In this document: in pieces, positions 38,292 through 49,523 of the stretch
Layout: every line of letters begins with the position of its first letter
Position numbering within the stretch: position 1 is the stretch's first letter
Source: Pseudogymnoascus verrucosus
Lineage: Eukaryota
Strand: one strand, 5' to 3'
Length of the DNA: 64,000 nt
NCBI GenBank assembly: GCA_001662655.1
Contig: KV460227.1
Position numbers and translations under genes: made by a program
Notes under the pieces: model-generated
Told to the model about the DNA's origin: nothing
What the model saw: only the letters and a program-made list of their open reading frames with translations
The model's database searches: none

Positions 38292-39779
38292 ATGTCTCAT
38301 AGAAGCGAAAATGGGATCCATTCGGATATTTTCTTTGACGTTCAGCCGCGATGGTCTAAGATTACCACATCCTCAGGTGCCTCTTTGCCTGCTCCGACTG
38401 TCTTTACAGGACGTCCACTAAGAGGAACTCTGGTTATCTCTCACGACAAAAGGCAGGAGGAGGTCTTCGATGTTGTACAGCTCACCCTTCAAGGTATTGG
38501 GCATGAAATTGCGTATATTGGCCCTGAAAGGCTAATAATAAATTTTTAGGAGAAGTGCAGAGTATTATTAGACTATCAAGCGGTTCTTACTGCAAAATCA
38601 AGAAGCCTGTGAGTAGTATTTATTCTGATTGACTAAGACAGAAGCACTGACTAGAAAAACAAAAGCTGATTCTCATGTCATCCGTCAAAGTGGCAAATGA
38701 ATTCGAACAAATTGATGCTGAAGATCCTCATACGGTGACATATCAGACCGAGTTTTTCTTCGATATTCCTGACTTTACGACATTGCCATCGTCACATGGA
38801 AACAACACACCAAAGAGGTTACCACCTTCGATGCGTGTCGTCAAATCTAATTTTATATCTGCTGCCACTGCAGAAATCCACAACAGCGGCTCAATCGCAG
38901 GTACCTGTGATGTTACATACAAAATCGCGGCTTGCGTCTTCGCAGGTGGACGACTAAAAAGCGACGCGAGTCGAGAAATTATATTAATGCCAATCGAAGA
39001 TAAACCGCCCCCGCTAGAGCCCGAAGATTTCGGGAAGGAATATCGACTTGTTGGTGCAACTTCCTTGAGGCCGTCCTGGGGATTAAGAAAAAGTTTGATG
39101 GTCGTCGTATCGTCTATGGAGCCTCGGCCTTTAACATTTTCCAACCGCGAAGAAGGCTGCGAGAGTACCGAGGTGCTGCTCCACCTCAAAACCGAGGGAT
39201 TATCGGACGGAAGTAGTGAAAGAGCCTTCGTAGAGTCTCACCTGACTGACTGCGAGGTTCAGATAAATCTAGAAGCAGTGACATATTTTTCAGCGGAAGA
39301 GCAAAAGGCAGTTATGTCAATGGCAGAGGCACTGCGATCTCCGTCGGTTGTGTTGAAGAAGACAAAGTACGCAACAAATAGGAAAAAATTGCGCCTCGAG
39401 AGATGGATGAAAGGACGTGAGATAGCACGTAAGTCTACATTTTCTCTTACCAATTTTTTCAAGGGCCACACGTGCGGCTCGAAATTTTATACCTAGCTAA
39501 CTTGATACAGCTGGGATTTTCGAATGGGAAACAACAGTCTCGGTGACTACCATCCTCCCTACGAGTTTTTCTCGCCTTCCTTCATTCTTCACCAGCTTAG
39601 TAGCGAGAAGATATGCGTTTGATGTACAGATAACGTTTGGACATTGGTCTGGCATTAATGTCTTTCATAAGCCGATAAAACTTCGGATTCCACTGCAGAT
39701 AGTGCATTTTACAGCTGGAAAGTTCCTAGGTCACTCTCTAGAAGATGATGATCTAGACGCTCCGGTATATGTATCATAA
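38292..39779 (+). CDS. Arrestin/Bul1-like domain protein
   Basis: LRGTLVI..VQLTLQG, FFFDIP..RLPPSM, VTYKIAA, PSFFTSLVARRYAFDVQI; three GT-AG introns. Confidence 0.62.
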
Positions 39780-39963
39780 AGAGAGATTAGAGCCTTTTTT
39801 TATTGCAAAACGACCTCAGACAAGAAAACGCTGCTTACCTTTTACCCATTCTAAGTGTTGCGTCTCTCATCACACCCCCAGTTAGTGAAAACAATAGAAG
39901 CATTAATAACACAAATATTCTTAATAATGTAAACCTTAAATCTCGAGTTAACTATACTCTGAT

Positions 39964-42632
39964 CAGTGTTCGGCACGGATACCAAAATACCCGTGGTATC
40001 CGGGTATATCCTCGAGTAATTACCTACCCGGCGATATTTTAGGAGTATCCGGCGTATCCGGATACTCTCGAGTAGTATCCGGATACATGCCAAGAATAGC
40101 CAAGAATAGCCAAGACCTCTTTTTTCCAACGTCGTGAGACCTGTAGTAATGCTGTATAAAGTGATAATTATCCTCAGAATGAGCGACTCGTCGTTATCAG
40201 ATATACCGACAGAGCTTGAGGGCTATGATAGCTATGATACTCATAATGAGCCAAGTCTGCTGACGCTGCCGCCCCCTATTCATATTTAACAGGATTTTAA
40301 TCCTACACCGCTCCGACTTCAGCCTCTAGGACAAATGCTGCCACCGACGTCGTCAATACTATTTACAAAGCTATTGTATTCGCGATTGATACTTGATAGC
40401 CACCCACCTACAGTTAAAGTAACTTGCTTGCAACCAGACTGCGGATATTCACCTACTCCGCAGCCACTAAGTCAGACATCAACTGGTAATCTTTGGAAGC
40501 ACTATACCCTAAAGCATCCAACAGTAGCATATACAATGAAAGGTCCTACAATTACGCCGTCAAGCCCATCAAGTAGTGCATCGTCGTTTTTTGAGCCACG
40601 GCTGCGGAACCCGCAAGTCCAGCCTGCTCAAGCTCAAGCATCAAATCGTAGAGCAAAATACCGAGAGTTATTACTCTCATTTGTTGTATCGAATAACCTC
40701 TCCTTACGACTTATTGAGAGCTATTCGTTCCATCAATTAGTACACTTCTTAAGCCTAAGTACTCTGTCGATATCGTCACGAACGCTACACCGAGAGCTAC
40801 AGCGGCAATTCTCATATCACCGAGGATTGCTACAATTAGAACTCCAGTCTCATATTACCTGTGGCGGCCGGATATCTATTACAACAGATGCATGGACTGC
40901 GCGGAACTATACTGAGTACGCTGCTGTCACAGGTCATTGGATTAATGAGAAGTGGCAGCACCAGTGCGTATTACTTGATGTAATCCACCTTTAAGAGCCA
41001 ATTCATAGCGGTGAATATCTTGCTCAAGAGTTAGCTACAGTAACAGATAGCTTTGAAATTACAGGTGCTATCTTTACTTGTACGCGGGATAATGCCTCGG
41101 CGAATACTGTGATGCTTTCGGAATATGAGAAAATAGCTAGTAAGCAGCAGACGACTATTCAACAGCCATGGACGTTTACTGTAAAGGAAGGGGACGTTCG
41201 GTGTATTGCTCATATTATCAATCTTGCAGTTCAAGCTGCTCTAAAGAGCTTGAAAGCCAGCCCGGATACAGAAACAGAAGCGTACTGGTGTGAGCAAGGG
41301 CTTGCCTAGATTCCGCAGCGTATTAATAACGCTTCTACTAAAGTATCAGCTACGCTTGAGAAGCTCCGAAGGCATATTTATGTCTTTCGAAACCGAAGAG
41401 CATGGAAGGATGCTTTACAGAAGCAGATAAAAGCTGCAGGCTAGAAGCCACGCCGGTTATCACTTGATATGCCTATACGCTGGAATTCAACGTACTATAT
41501 GCTTGAAACAGCTATAAAGCTTCGAATACCAATTACTGCGGTATGCTCTACGCAGAAGCTTGATATTAGTATGAAGGATATTGCGTTAACAAGTAACGAT
41601 TGGGCTATTATTAAAGCTCTTAAACGATTATTCTTAGTATTCTTAAAGCCGTCAAGACGGCTACAAAGCGATTCATATCCAACGCTTAACTTTACTATTC
41701 CTCTTTACTTAAAGATGATAAATAAGATCACATCGCTATAAGAAGAGCTTAGTAGAAGCTCTGCAATCGGGGTAGCTTGTGGAGCTGCGCTTCAAAAGCT
41801 TAATGAGTATTATACTCTTACAACGAATCAGCAGTGTAAGCACTCAGCTGTTGCTACAATTTGCGACCCACGAATGAATCATACAGTATTTAAGAAGATA
41901 TATCTAAATGCTATAGACGATACACGAAGATTACGAGCAAGAGCGCAGTTTGAAGACGTTTGTAGAACGTACTAAAAGCGAGAGTATCACCTTGATACAG
42001 AGCGAATTACTCACGAAACAGCTCTTGCAGAAGCAATAGGTGCTACTGCCACAATAGATCAAGAACCCGATTCCGACGAAGATCTATTTGCGTCAGAAGG
42101 CTTAGCTTTTCAAGAGCCAGAATGGAGGCGCTAGATGCTTGAACCACGGCCTGGTGAGCATACTGATATTCTCAAATATTGGTGCGCAAAGCAATACCAA
42201 TATCTAGTTATTGCCCGTATTGCTCGAGATCATCTAGCAATTCCAGCGACCTCTGCAGCTTCTGAGCGGGTATTTAGTAATGGAAGTGATATTATCACAA
42301 AGAAGCGGAACAGGTTGTCACCGCCTACTATTAGATATTTACTGTGCTTACGGAATTGGGGTAAAATACAGGAGGCTGATAGCGATGGTGATGATGCTGA
42401 CGATGAAGCACCTGAATAGGGGCTTACGGAAAAGGGGGGGGTCTTGCGGAAAGGGGTTTACTATTATCAAAAGCTTCATTTTTTTTTATATACGCTATTC
42501 CTATTTTTATATACGATATTCAGCCTCATGTATCCGGATACTTACCTACCCTACCCGTCAGATCGTCGCCGGGTATATACCCTACCCGTGAGGTTCACGG
42601 ATACTACCCGGATACGTATCCGCCGAACACTG
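39964..42632 (+). mobile_element. hAT-superfamily DNA transposon, full length (2669 bp)
   Basis: TIR CAGTGTTCGGC (39964-39974) / GCCGAACACTG (42622-42632); 8-bp TSD ACTCTGAT at 39956-39963 and 42633-42640; subterminal GGATAC/GTATCC/TACCCG repeats. Confidence 0.96.
40179..42419 (+). pseudogene. hAT transposase inactivated by nonsense mutations
   Basis: Single frame with BED-like finger (C..C..STGNLWKH..H), TTDAWT, RDNASAN, CIAH, RWNSTY, PATSAASERVFS; seven in-frame TAA/TAG stops. Confidence 0.93.
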
Positions 42633-42916
42633 ACTCTGATAGTGTGCTGTATATCTACGCAATCCTTTAAACTGTACAAGGATTTTTTCTATTTACTACA
42701 ATCATACTGGAATCTCCCCACAAGTAATAGCCAGATTACTGCAAGTACATTTCATACCGGCGTTGAGTTATTCAAGTTGCTCGAGTAGTATTCTGTTAGG
42801 TGCCTAGGTAATTGACAGTTTTGAAGCATCTACCCCCTCCAGCCAGGTAATGTCAAAGTTCATCATTCACACATAACAATTTCTCCCTATATCATCACCT
42901 ACCCTAGTCTCGCGGT

Positions 42917-44362
42917 TTATCCCTTGGAAACTGGGGAGACAGCCTCACGATCTGTATGTGCACCGGTGAGTCTTTTCTTGCTGACGACTCGCAAACCACC
43001 AAACAATAAAACCAGCGTAGCCAATCCTAGAAGAACAGCTAGAGTTACCATCGCGCCAATGACACCCGCTGTAGCCTTGCTAATTCCTCCACTGTTAGAT
43101 CTAGCCGCGGACGAGTTGGAAGAGTCAGTCGAAGTGGAGGTGGCAGCACATGCACCCGTAGTATCACCGCAAGCTGAGCACCAAGAGGCTTTGTCACTGA
43201 TCGCAAACTTATTCATGCTGCTGACGAACGTATTCCACGGGAGAGAAGTAGCCGATTGGCCGAAGAGCGGGTACTCAGTCAACGGATTGTACGCCGCCGA
43301 GCCGTTGGTGAACAAGAATCTAACCGAGATCTGGTCTGTGGATGGGTACGACGACTCTGTAACGGTGGCGCTTGTCACGAGCTCGAATACCATAGCGGAG
43401 GCATAGTCAACAATGCCGGTGAAGTCATCCGACACACTGGGGAGCTGAGCGAGGCCGAAGAAGGAGAGGAATGAATTGTAGGCACCAAACTGGACAGCGA
43501 GGCTCGACGCTGACTTGCTAGTGATGGTGGCGTTGAGCTGTTGGACAATCTCGGCCGCAAGCGTAGAGCCAGCTATAGCACGAACGGGTTCGCTGCTGTT
43601 GTAGGCGAGGTTAAACTCATGCTGATTTGCGCGAGTCTGGAGTTGGTGGAGGACGTTATCAGTCAAGAGATCCCCAGATGGGATGGTCGAGTTGTGGATC
43701 TCGGAGACGTGAATATAATCGTAGATCGCGTAGGCGTTTTTATAAGTTACGTCAGAACTGCTAAATGTGGTTTTCACAACTGGGAGTAGGGACGCGTAGA
43801 AGTCCTTTGTGGAGGCGAGAGTGCTGGTGTAGTCATCTGAGATGAAGTAGCTGTTGGAACTGGTTATAGCATTATTGCAGCCAGAAGAGCCCTGGAGCCA
43901 TGTAGTGTCCTCAGGGTTGGCGCTACTGCTACGCGCAGAGGAGACGGTGTTCACAGGAATCAACTGGTAGCCGTTCATCGGGGCAGAGACAGAGGTGCCG
44001 TTGGCGAGCATCTGCGTGGCGACGGAGGTCCCCACGGGAGGATAGAGACCCTGGAGCCATCCTTGGGCAGAATTTTGGAGGACTGTGTCTACTGGAGCCT
44101 GGACGGTGAGCTGGGAGAGCTTGACGACATTCTGACTGATGCCGTAGATTTTGTTTCTGGAGGAGTCCTCAAGGTAACGGGCTCTGTAGAACGCACCCGC
44201 GCCGTAGATCTGCGCGTATCCGAGATCAGTGAGGCCAGCCGGAGGGAACTCTTTAGGGGTACGGTCGCCATGGCGATGGACGATATACGCGCCGAGAACA
44301 GTTTCCTGGGCTTGGACAACGAGAGAGAGAAGGGAAATGAGCAAGAGCTGGGTGGTCACCAT
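42917..44362 (-). CDS. Histidine acid phosphatase, secreted with C-terminal TM anchor
   Basis: Signal peptide, RHGDRTP motif, C-terminal hydrophobic helix; intronless. Confidence 0.9.
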   Translation of the reverse strand: MVTTQLLLISLLSLVVQAQETVLGAYIVHRHGDRTPKEFPPAGLTDLGYAQIYGAGAFYRARYLEDSSRNKIYGISQNVVKLSQLTVQAPVDTVLQNSAQGWLQGLYPPVGTSVATQMLANGTSVSAPMNGYQLIPVNTVSSARSSSANPEDTTWLQGSSGCNNAITSSNSYFISDDYTSTLASTKDFYASLLPVVKTTFSSSDVTYKNAYAIYDYIHVSEIHNSTIPSGDLLTDNVLHQLQTRANQHEFNLAYNSSEPVRAIAGSTLAAEIVQQLNATITSKSASSLAVQFGAYNSFLSFFGLAQLPSVSDDFTGIVDYASAMVFELVTSATVTESSYPSTDQISVRFLFTNGSAAYNPLTEYPLFGQSATSLPWNTFVSSMNKFAISDKASWCSACGDTTGACAATSTSTDSSNSSAARSNSGGISKATAGVIGAMVTLAVLLGLATLVLLFGGLRVVSKKRLTGAHTDREAVSPVSKG

Positions 44363-45494
44363 ATTAGCAAATGGCTGAATTCAACGCTCGGATGCAGAAG
44401 TGAGACTTTCTTATCGCAAGAGAGACAGTGGTGAGGGGCGGGGATGGGATGGGGAGAAAGATATACTTTGGAACCCACTGGAGGAAGGGGGATAGTTTGG
44501 GAATTTTTCCCAGTTCCATGCGATGCAACCCATGTCGACGGCTGGGACTGTTGCCGCGGGCACTATTTGGCAGCTGATCAACTAAGTGCTCATACAGTTA
44601 CGCATGCATGAGAAGACCATAGAGACCGTCCGGTCGCTCTATCCAGACCGACCTAAGTCGGCAATATCCCCCCTTTCAGGTGTAGTGCATATTGTCGTAA
44701 ATGGCGACAGGGATCCAGGCCACAAGCCATGCCAAGCTTGCACGAGTGGGGTAATCCCCACAACTAATAGATGTAACTCTATTTAAGTGTCTCGGGCGGG
44801 AAGTTGAAGATGAAACTGTAGAAAGATACCTAACTGTCTAATCATTGGCTACAGGGTATGATGCATCCTGTAGGAAGTAGAAAGTGAGGCGTGGGAAAGT
44901 TTTTGAGTTAGCGCAAGCTGACCAGTTGTATATCGCTTTTCTCAACATGACAACAAATCTTGACTACATCATCTCACTTCTTCATCCCGCGTTGACGTAA
45001 GATACAGCTCAACGTCATAACTATGGGATTGCGAAGGGTTAATACTCTGCGCGGCTACTAGCTGGTGATAAGTCAATTTAGTATCCATCCAAAATTACGG
45101 TTTCGGTTTTGGGTGAGACTTCTGGCCCGAGAGATCCCGCGAGACTAACGTTCAGCCCGTGCTTACTATGTGGAGACAAATAACCATGGTTGTGGACGGT
45201 TGGCACGGACGGCTGCCGCAGTTTGCAGTGAATAGCTGTCGAGGTGTATGGCATTATGGCACTATACCTAAATTAGGGGTGAAGGCCGCTGGTAGAGGGT
45301 GGGAGAAAATGTATTCCGTCTTCGTATGCATCCACGACCACTTACACAGGCGTGGGTTGTACATGCAGTACGGAATATGTCTTGACTGCTGTTCAGGCCA
45401 GTGTCTGCTTTAATTATCCGTCGCCAGCCGTAGGTGACATTCGGTGTGCTCTTTGCCTGAAAAAGAGTATATTTATTCATTGTCTGCTAATGGA

Positions 45495-46808
45495 ATGGCC
45501 GAAACAATCCATGGGCGCGTAGCAAATGGAGCTGCACAGCTTCTTAGGAGATCGGAACTGGGCTTTACTCGGCAGTTACAAGGAACTCTGCTGAGATCAC
45601 CACGACCTCGTCATCATGCCACTGCGTCAATTGCCAGTCCGCGTGCGGCGAAACTGAGAGATGCGAAGCCCTTTTCCTCGTTTCTCACGGACAGCTTCAA
45701 TCGACAGCATACATATCTGCGCATCTCCATAACAGAGAGATGTAATCTTCGCTGTCTCTACTGCATGCCGGAAGAGGGCGTCCCACTCTCGCCCCAACCT
45801 CACCTTCTCACAGCGCCTGAGATATCCTACATTTCGTCTGTTTTTGTGTCGCAAGGTGTCACAAAGATTCGACTCACTGGGGGTGAGCCTACGGTGCACC
45901 CCCAGATACTTCCTATGCTTCACGAAATCGGCCGTTTACGATCGTGCGGGCTCAAAGAGCTTTGCTTGACCACCAACGGGTTAACGCTTTCTCGAAAGCT
46001 AGATAGTATGGTTGACGCGGGCGTTACCGGCATAAACCTAAGTCTCGATACCCTCGACCCGGTCCAGTTTGAGCAAATGACCCGACGAAAAGGGTTCTCT
46101 GCAGTGATGAAATCCATCGATCACATCCTCGCTCTTAAGCGCTCTGGTGGAGCGAACAACTTAAAACTCAAGATCAACGTCGTGATTATGCGTGGTATGA
46201 ACGATCTCCAGCTCCTTCCCTTCGTGGAGATGACGCGTGAAAAGGACTTAGAGGTTAGATTTATCGAGTACATGCCTTTCAGCGGGAATAAATGGTCTGA
46301 GCAAAAGATGTTGGGCTACCAGGAGATGTTAGCCACAATACGAGAGCGATATCCTCAGGTTGAGCGAGTACAGGATCATCCAAATGATACCAGTAAGACC
46401 TTCAAAATTCCAGGCTTCGAAGGCCGTATTGGATTTATCACAAGCATGACAGACCATTTCTGTGGAACATGTAATAGACTACGTATCACATCCGATGGAA
46501 ATTTGAAGGTCTGCCTTTTTGGAAATGCGGAAGTAAGCTTGCGAGACATTCTCAGGAATGACCTGAATAACGGAGAGCCCATTGATGAAGAGGCGTGGGA
46601 AGGTATCAAGCAGCTTGAAATGGATGGAAGAGAAGGGCGCCTCACAGCTGGAGCTAGACCAGGCGGACGGCAGGCTTACCTTCGAGAGAACAAGCAACGT
46701 CTCTTGGACGTTATCGGAATGGCCGTGCACAGGAAGAAAGCTAGACACGCAGGTATTGGTCAGCTTGAGCACATGGATAACAGGCCTATGATTCTGATTG
46801 GGGGATGA
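45495..46808 (+). CDS. moaA: Molybdenum cofactor biosynthesis GTP 3',8-cyclase (MoaA/MOCS1A-type), stand-alone
   Basis: YLRISITERCNLRCLYC (radical SAM), RLTGGEP, FCGTCNRLR..DGNLKVC, C-terminal MILIGG*; intronless. Confidence 0.95.
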   Translation: MAETIHGRVANGAAQLLRRSELGFTRQLQGTLLRSPRPRHHATASIASPRAAKLRDAKPFSSFLTDSFNRQHTYLRISITERCNLRCLYCMPEEGVPLSPQPHLLTAPEISYISSVFVSQGVTKIRLTGGEPTVHPQILPMLHEIGRLRSCGLKELCLTTNGLTLSRKLDSMVDAGVTGINLSLDTLDPVQFEQMTRRKGFSAVMKSIDHILALKRSGGANNLKLKINVVIMRGMNDLQLLPFVEMTREKDLEVRFIEYMPFSGNKWSEQKMLGYQEMLATIRERYPQVERVQDHPNDTSKTFKIPGFEGRIGFITSMTDHFCGTCNRLRITSDGNLKVCLFGNAEVSLRDILRNDLNNGEPIDEEAWEGIKQLEMDGREGRLTAGARPGGRQAYLRENKQRLLDVIGMAVHRKKARHAGIGQLEHMDNRPMILIGG

Positions 46809-46978
46809 AGCTTAGGTAGAAGCATGCACAGTGGTACCGTATATTTTGTCAACTGTGGATTTAACACTTATCTTACGTTCATGGATATGTTTGCTTATCT
46901 TATTGAATGAAATGGAATTACTATATAAACCAATCATGCGAGAACACTTCGAACTCCACTAGCTTTTTCGGATACGAG

Positions 46979-48721
46979 TCAGTCATCTACATCTCGAGGT
47001 TCGTTTTCCCTCCAATACTTCTTGTAGTCCTCTAAACTCTGGGTCGGAAACTCCTCTGGCCAAGTGAGAGGGGCTAGAGGAGAACCCGTCTCCTCGAATT
47101 TGGCTAGTCGCTGCTTCGTTAGAGCCCGACTCTCGTTGACGCTGTAGACACTAATCCTGTGCGCCGAGCTTGTTACGTGAAGACCCCAATTCCATGCGGC
47201 GCGAATATTCAAAGGCTGCGTGTTAAGAGAATTATCCCAGCACCTGCAGACAATCTCTACCCAACCTTCGACATCGCAAGGAAGGTCGAACTCCCAAGTG
47301 CGCCATGTCCACTTGTGCTTCGCGGAGAGATTTTCGTTAGGAACAGCATACCAGCTAAATCCCCCATCAGCTGAAAGTTCCACCCTCTCAGGCCATCTCC
47401 CTCCTCCAGAATAGGCCCAACCCTTGCAGCGGATCTTGCCGTTATGGATAACAACCTGCTTCGTCCATGGAGACATGATGGCCGAACTAACAGGCATCTC
47501 TTGAATCTGGATTCCGTCGGTCGGTCGTTGATTGTGCTTACCAACCTGCTGGTTGAAGTACAGATACTCCTTGCTCTGGACTGGGGCAATAGTTGGGTTC
47601 TTAATCGCTTTAATGCGATAAAGCCACTTCACGCTTCGAGCACCAATGTAACCCAGGACGACAACTCTTAAGGGGTATCCATGGATCTTTGGCAGAGGCT
47701 CTCCATTCATCTCCCAAGCGAGGATGACCTCGTTTGCCTTGACTTTAGACCAAGGGACACTGACGAGGTAGTTCATAACTTCGTCACTCTTGAAATAGGT
47801 CTCTGCGCCGTAGAGTTCAAGGTGTTTCCCGCCCTTGATGAGCCCGCCACAATCCTTGATCACCTTCTTCAAGCTGATACCAACATACTTGGCCGTACCG
47901 ATAGCACCTTCGGCCCATGGAGCCTGCGGAACCTCGTCTCCCTGGCCCGGGTACAGGCTAATCTGCTCTATGCGGCGCGTTCCGGAGCACTGAATGGTGA
48001 CAAGCTTCTCCATTCGCGGAAATTTGGATTCGTCCATGAGATCATCCAAGGTGTAGGATTTGGGATTAGCAACCAGCCCATCGAGTGTAAGACTCCACTT
48101 GTCTTTCTCGATGAGCGGTATTCCGCCGTGATTTCGAACAAAGTGAAGCGGATTCGGGGTGATAGCTTTCGAGGTCACAAGTCGTTTAGGAGGCTCGCCG
48201 TTGTAGGGAAATTGAAGCAGATGCAGCATCTCAGGGTGTTTTTCGCGGAGAACCGTTTTCCAGGAATCCTCAGGAACGTCGGTAAGTTCGCCTCCAATGG
48301 CATGGTGCCACATCTTCCAATGGGTGCCGGGCAGCACGGGGTTTGTGTTTGGAATTGGCCCCATTTGGAACTCTGCGTTTGGGGGAAAGGTCTGAGACTT
48401 GAGTATCTTGTGTGCCTTTGCCTTCTTCTCCGGATATTTCTCCCATTCCACGTAGCTGCTCGAATGTCAGTCCTGCTGCAAGAAACTACTGCATATGATG
48501 GTGCATATGAGAACGTACCCTTTCCAGCCTTCGAGCTCTCGGCGGAACAGCTTGTTAGGGTCGCCAACGGCTTTGATGGCAGCTTCATCTTTTGTAGCTC
48601 CCTCCCATTGGTGCGGGGGGATGGCAATTATTTCATTCCCTGTCTGGTCTAAGAAGGGCAGCTTGGCCCCAGCCAGGCCTTGCTCGATTTTCCATTCATC
48701 TGGGCGGTTGACTGTCTCCAT
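46979..48721 (-). CDS. Sulfite-oxidase-family molybdoenzyme without a cytochrome b5 domain
   Basis: FVRNHGG, TIQCSGTRR (Mo-ligand Cys), HGYPLRVVV.GYIGARSVKWL, GWAYSGGGR..RVELSADGG; intron 48518-48456. Confidence 0.9.
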
Positions 48722-49390
48722 ATTGTTCTTTGCATAGGAAAGGATAACGAGTCCTACGATATGGTGCGGGGGTGCTTCCAAGCCTTATAGCGTCCATTTC
48801 CTAAGCTCCTAAGCCATCGGCAGGTAGAAGTCACCAGAGGCGCCAGATAGTGATGTAATCTTAGTTTGGCCGGAATCATTCGACGTTGACATCACCAGTC
48901 GGTGGCTTGCATACCAAGGTTGCGGTCTGTCATATTAGTGTGTTTCACTCCCGAGTATGGAAATAAACCTGTGCCTAGAACTAAAAGCGGAAGGCGGAGT
49001 AATACCTCTGCTGTGTCGCAAGTTTTACGGATGCAGCGCCATCTCTCGCACGAGAAAATGGGGTAAAATCACGGTACATGGCACACTATGACAGAATACA
49101 AATGAGAAATTTCTCAGTACCTGTAGCTAATTAGTAAGGATATTTCTTACCATGTAGGAAATATTTTCAAGGAGTGCGCATATCCTGCCCATGTTAGCCA
49201 CAAGAGTTTCTAGATAGATCGCACTGTGATTCGAAATAGTAGTCTTAACACAGTAAAGTTAGGTACAGCTCCATAAATTGGACAGTTAAACTAACAGTAG
49301 TACCTAACGCACACGGCATTTTGCGCTTGTTAAGTCCGCAAAAAGCTTCTTTCCACAGGCGATGTCGTCATAGATCGGAAGATGGCTTCT

Positions 49391-49419
49391 CCTATTGGTC
49401 CGTGTTACAGACCAATAGG
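49391..49419. promoter_or_regulatory. Perfect 10-bp inverted repeat carrying two opposed CCAAT boxes
   Basis: CCTATTGGTC-N9-GACCAATAGG between the divergent Mo-enzyme and TF genes. Confidence 0.45.
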
Positions 49420-49523
49420 CGCGCGCCATTGCAAACTTTAGTACCACTTGTACTGTACAAACAAGTCAGAGCTGCAACTGTCAACATCGTTCACTTTTGA
49501 CCGACTCTAGTCTTCACAAAGAG

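Noticed and set aside
47681..48652. 323-aa plus-strand ORF
   Set aside because: Antisense shadow of the Mo-enzyme gene with no motifs of its own.
46979..48721. Assimilatory nitrate reductase / nitrate cluster
   Set aside because: No b5 or FAD/NAD(P)H domains, and no nitrite reductase or NRT2 transporter nearby.
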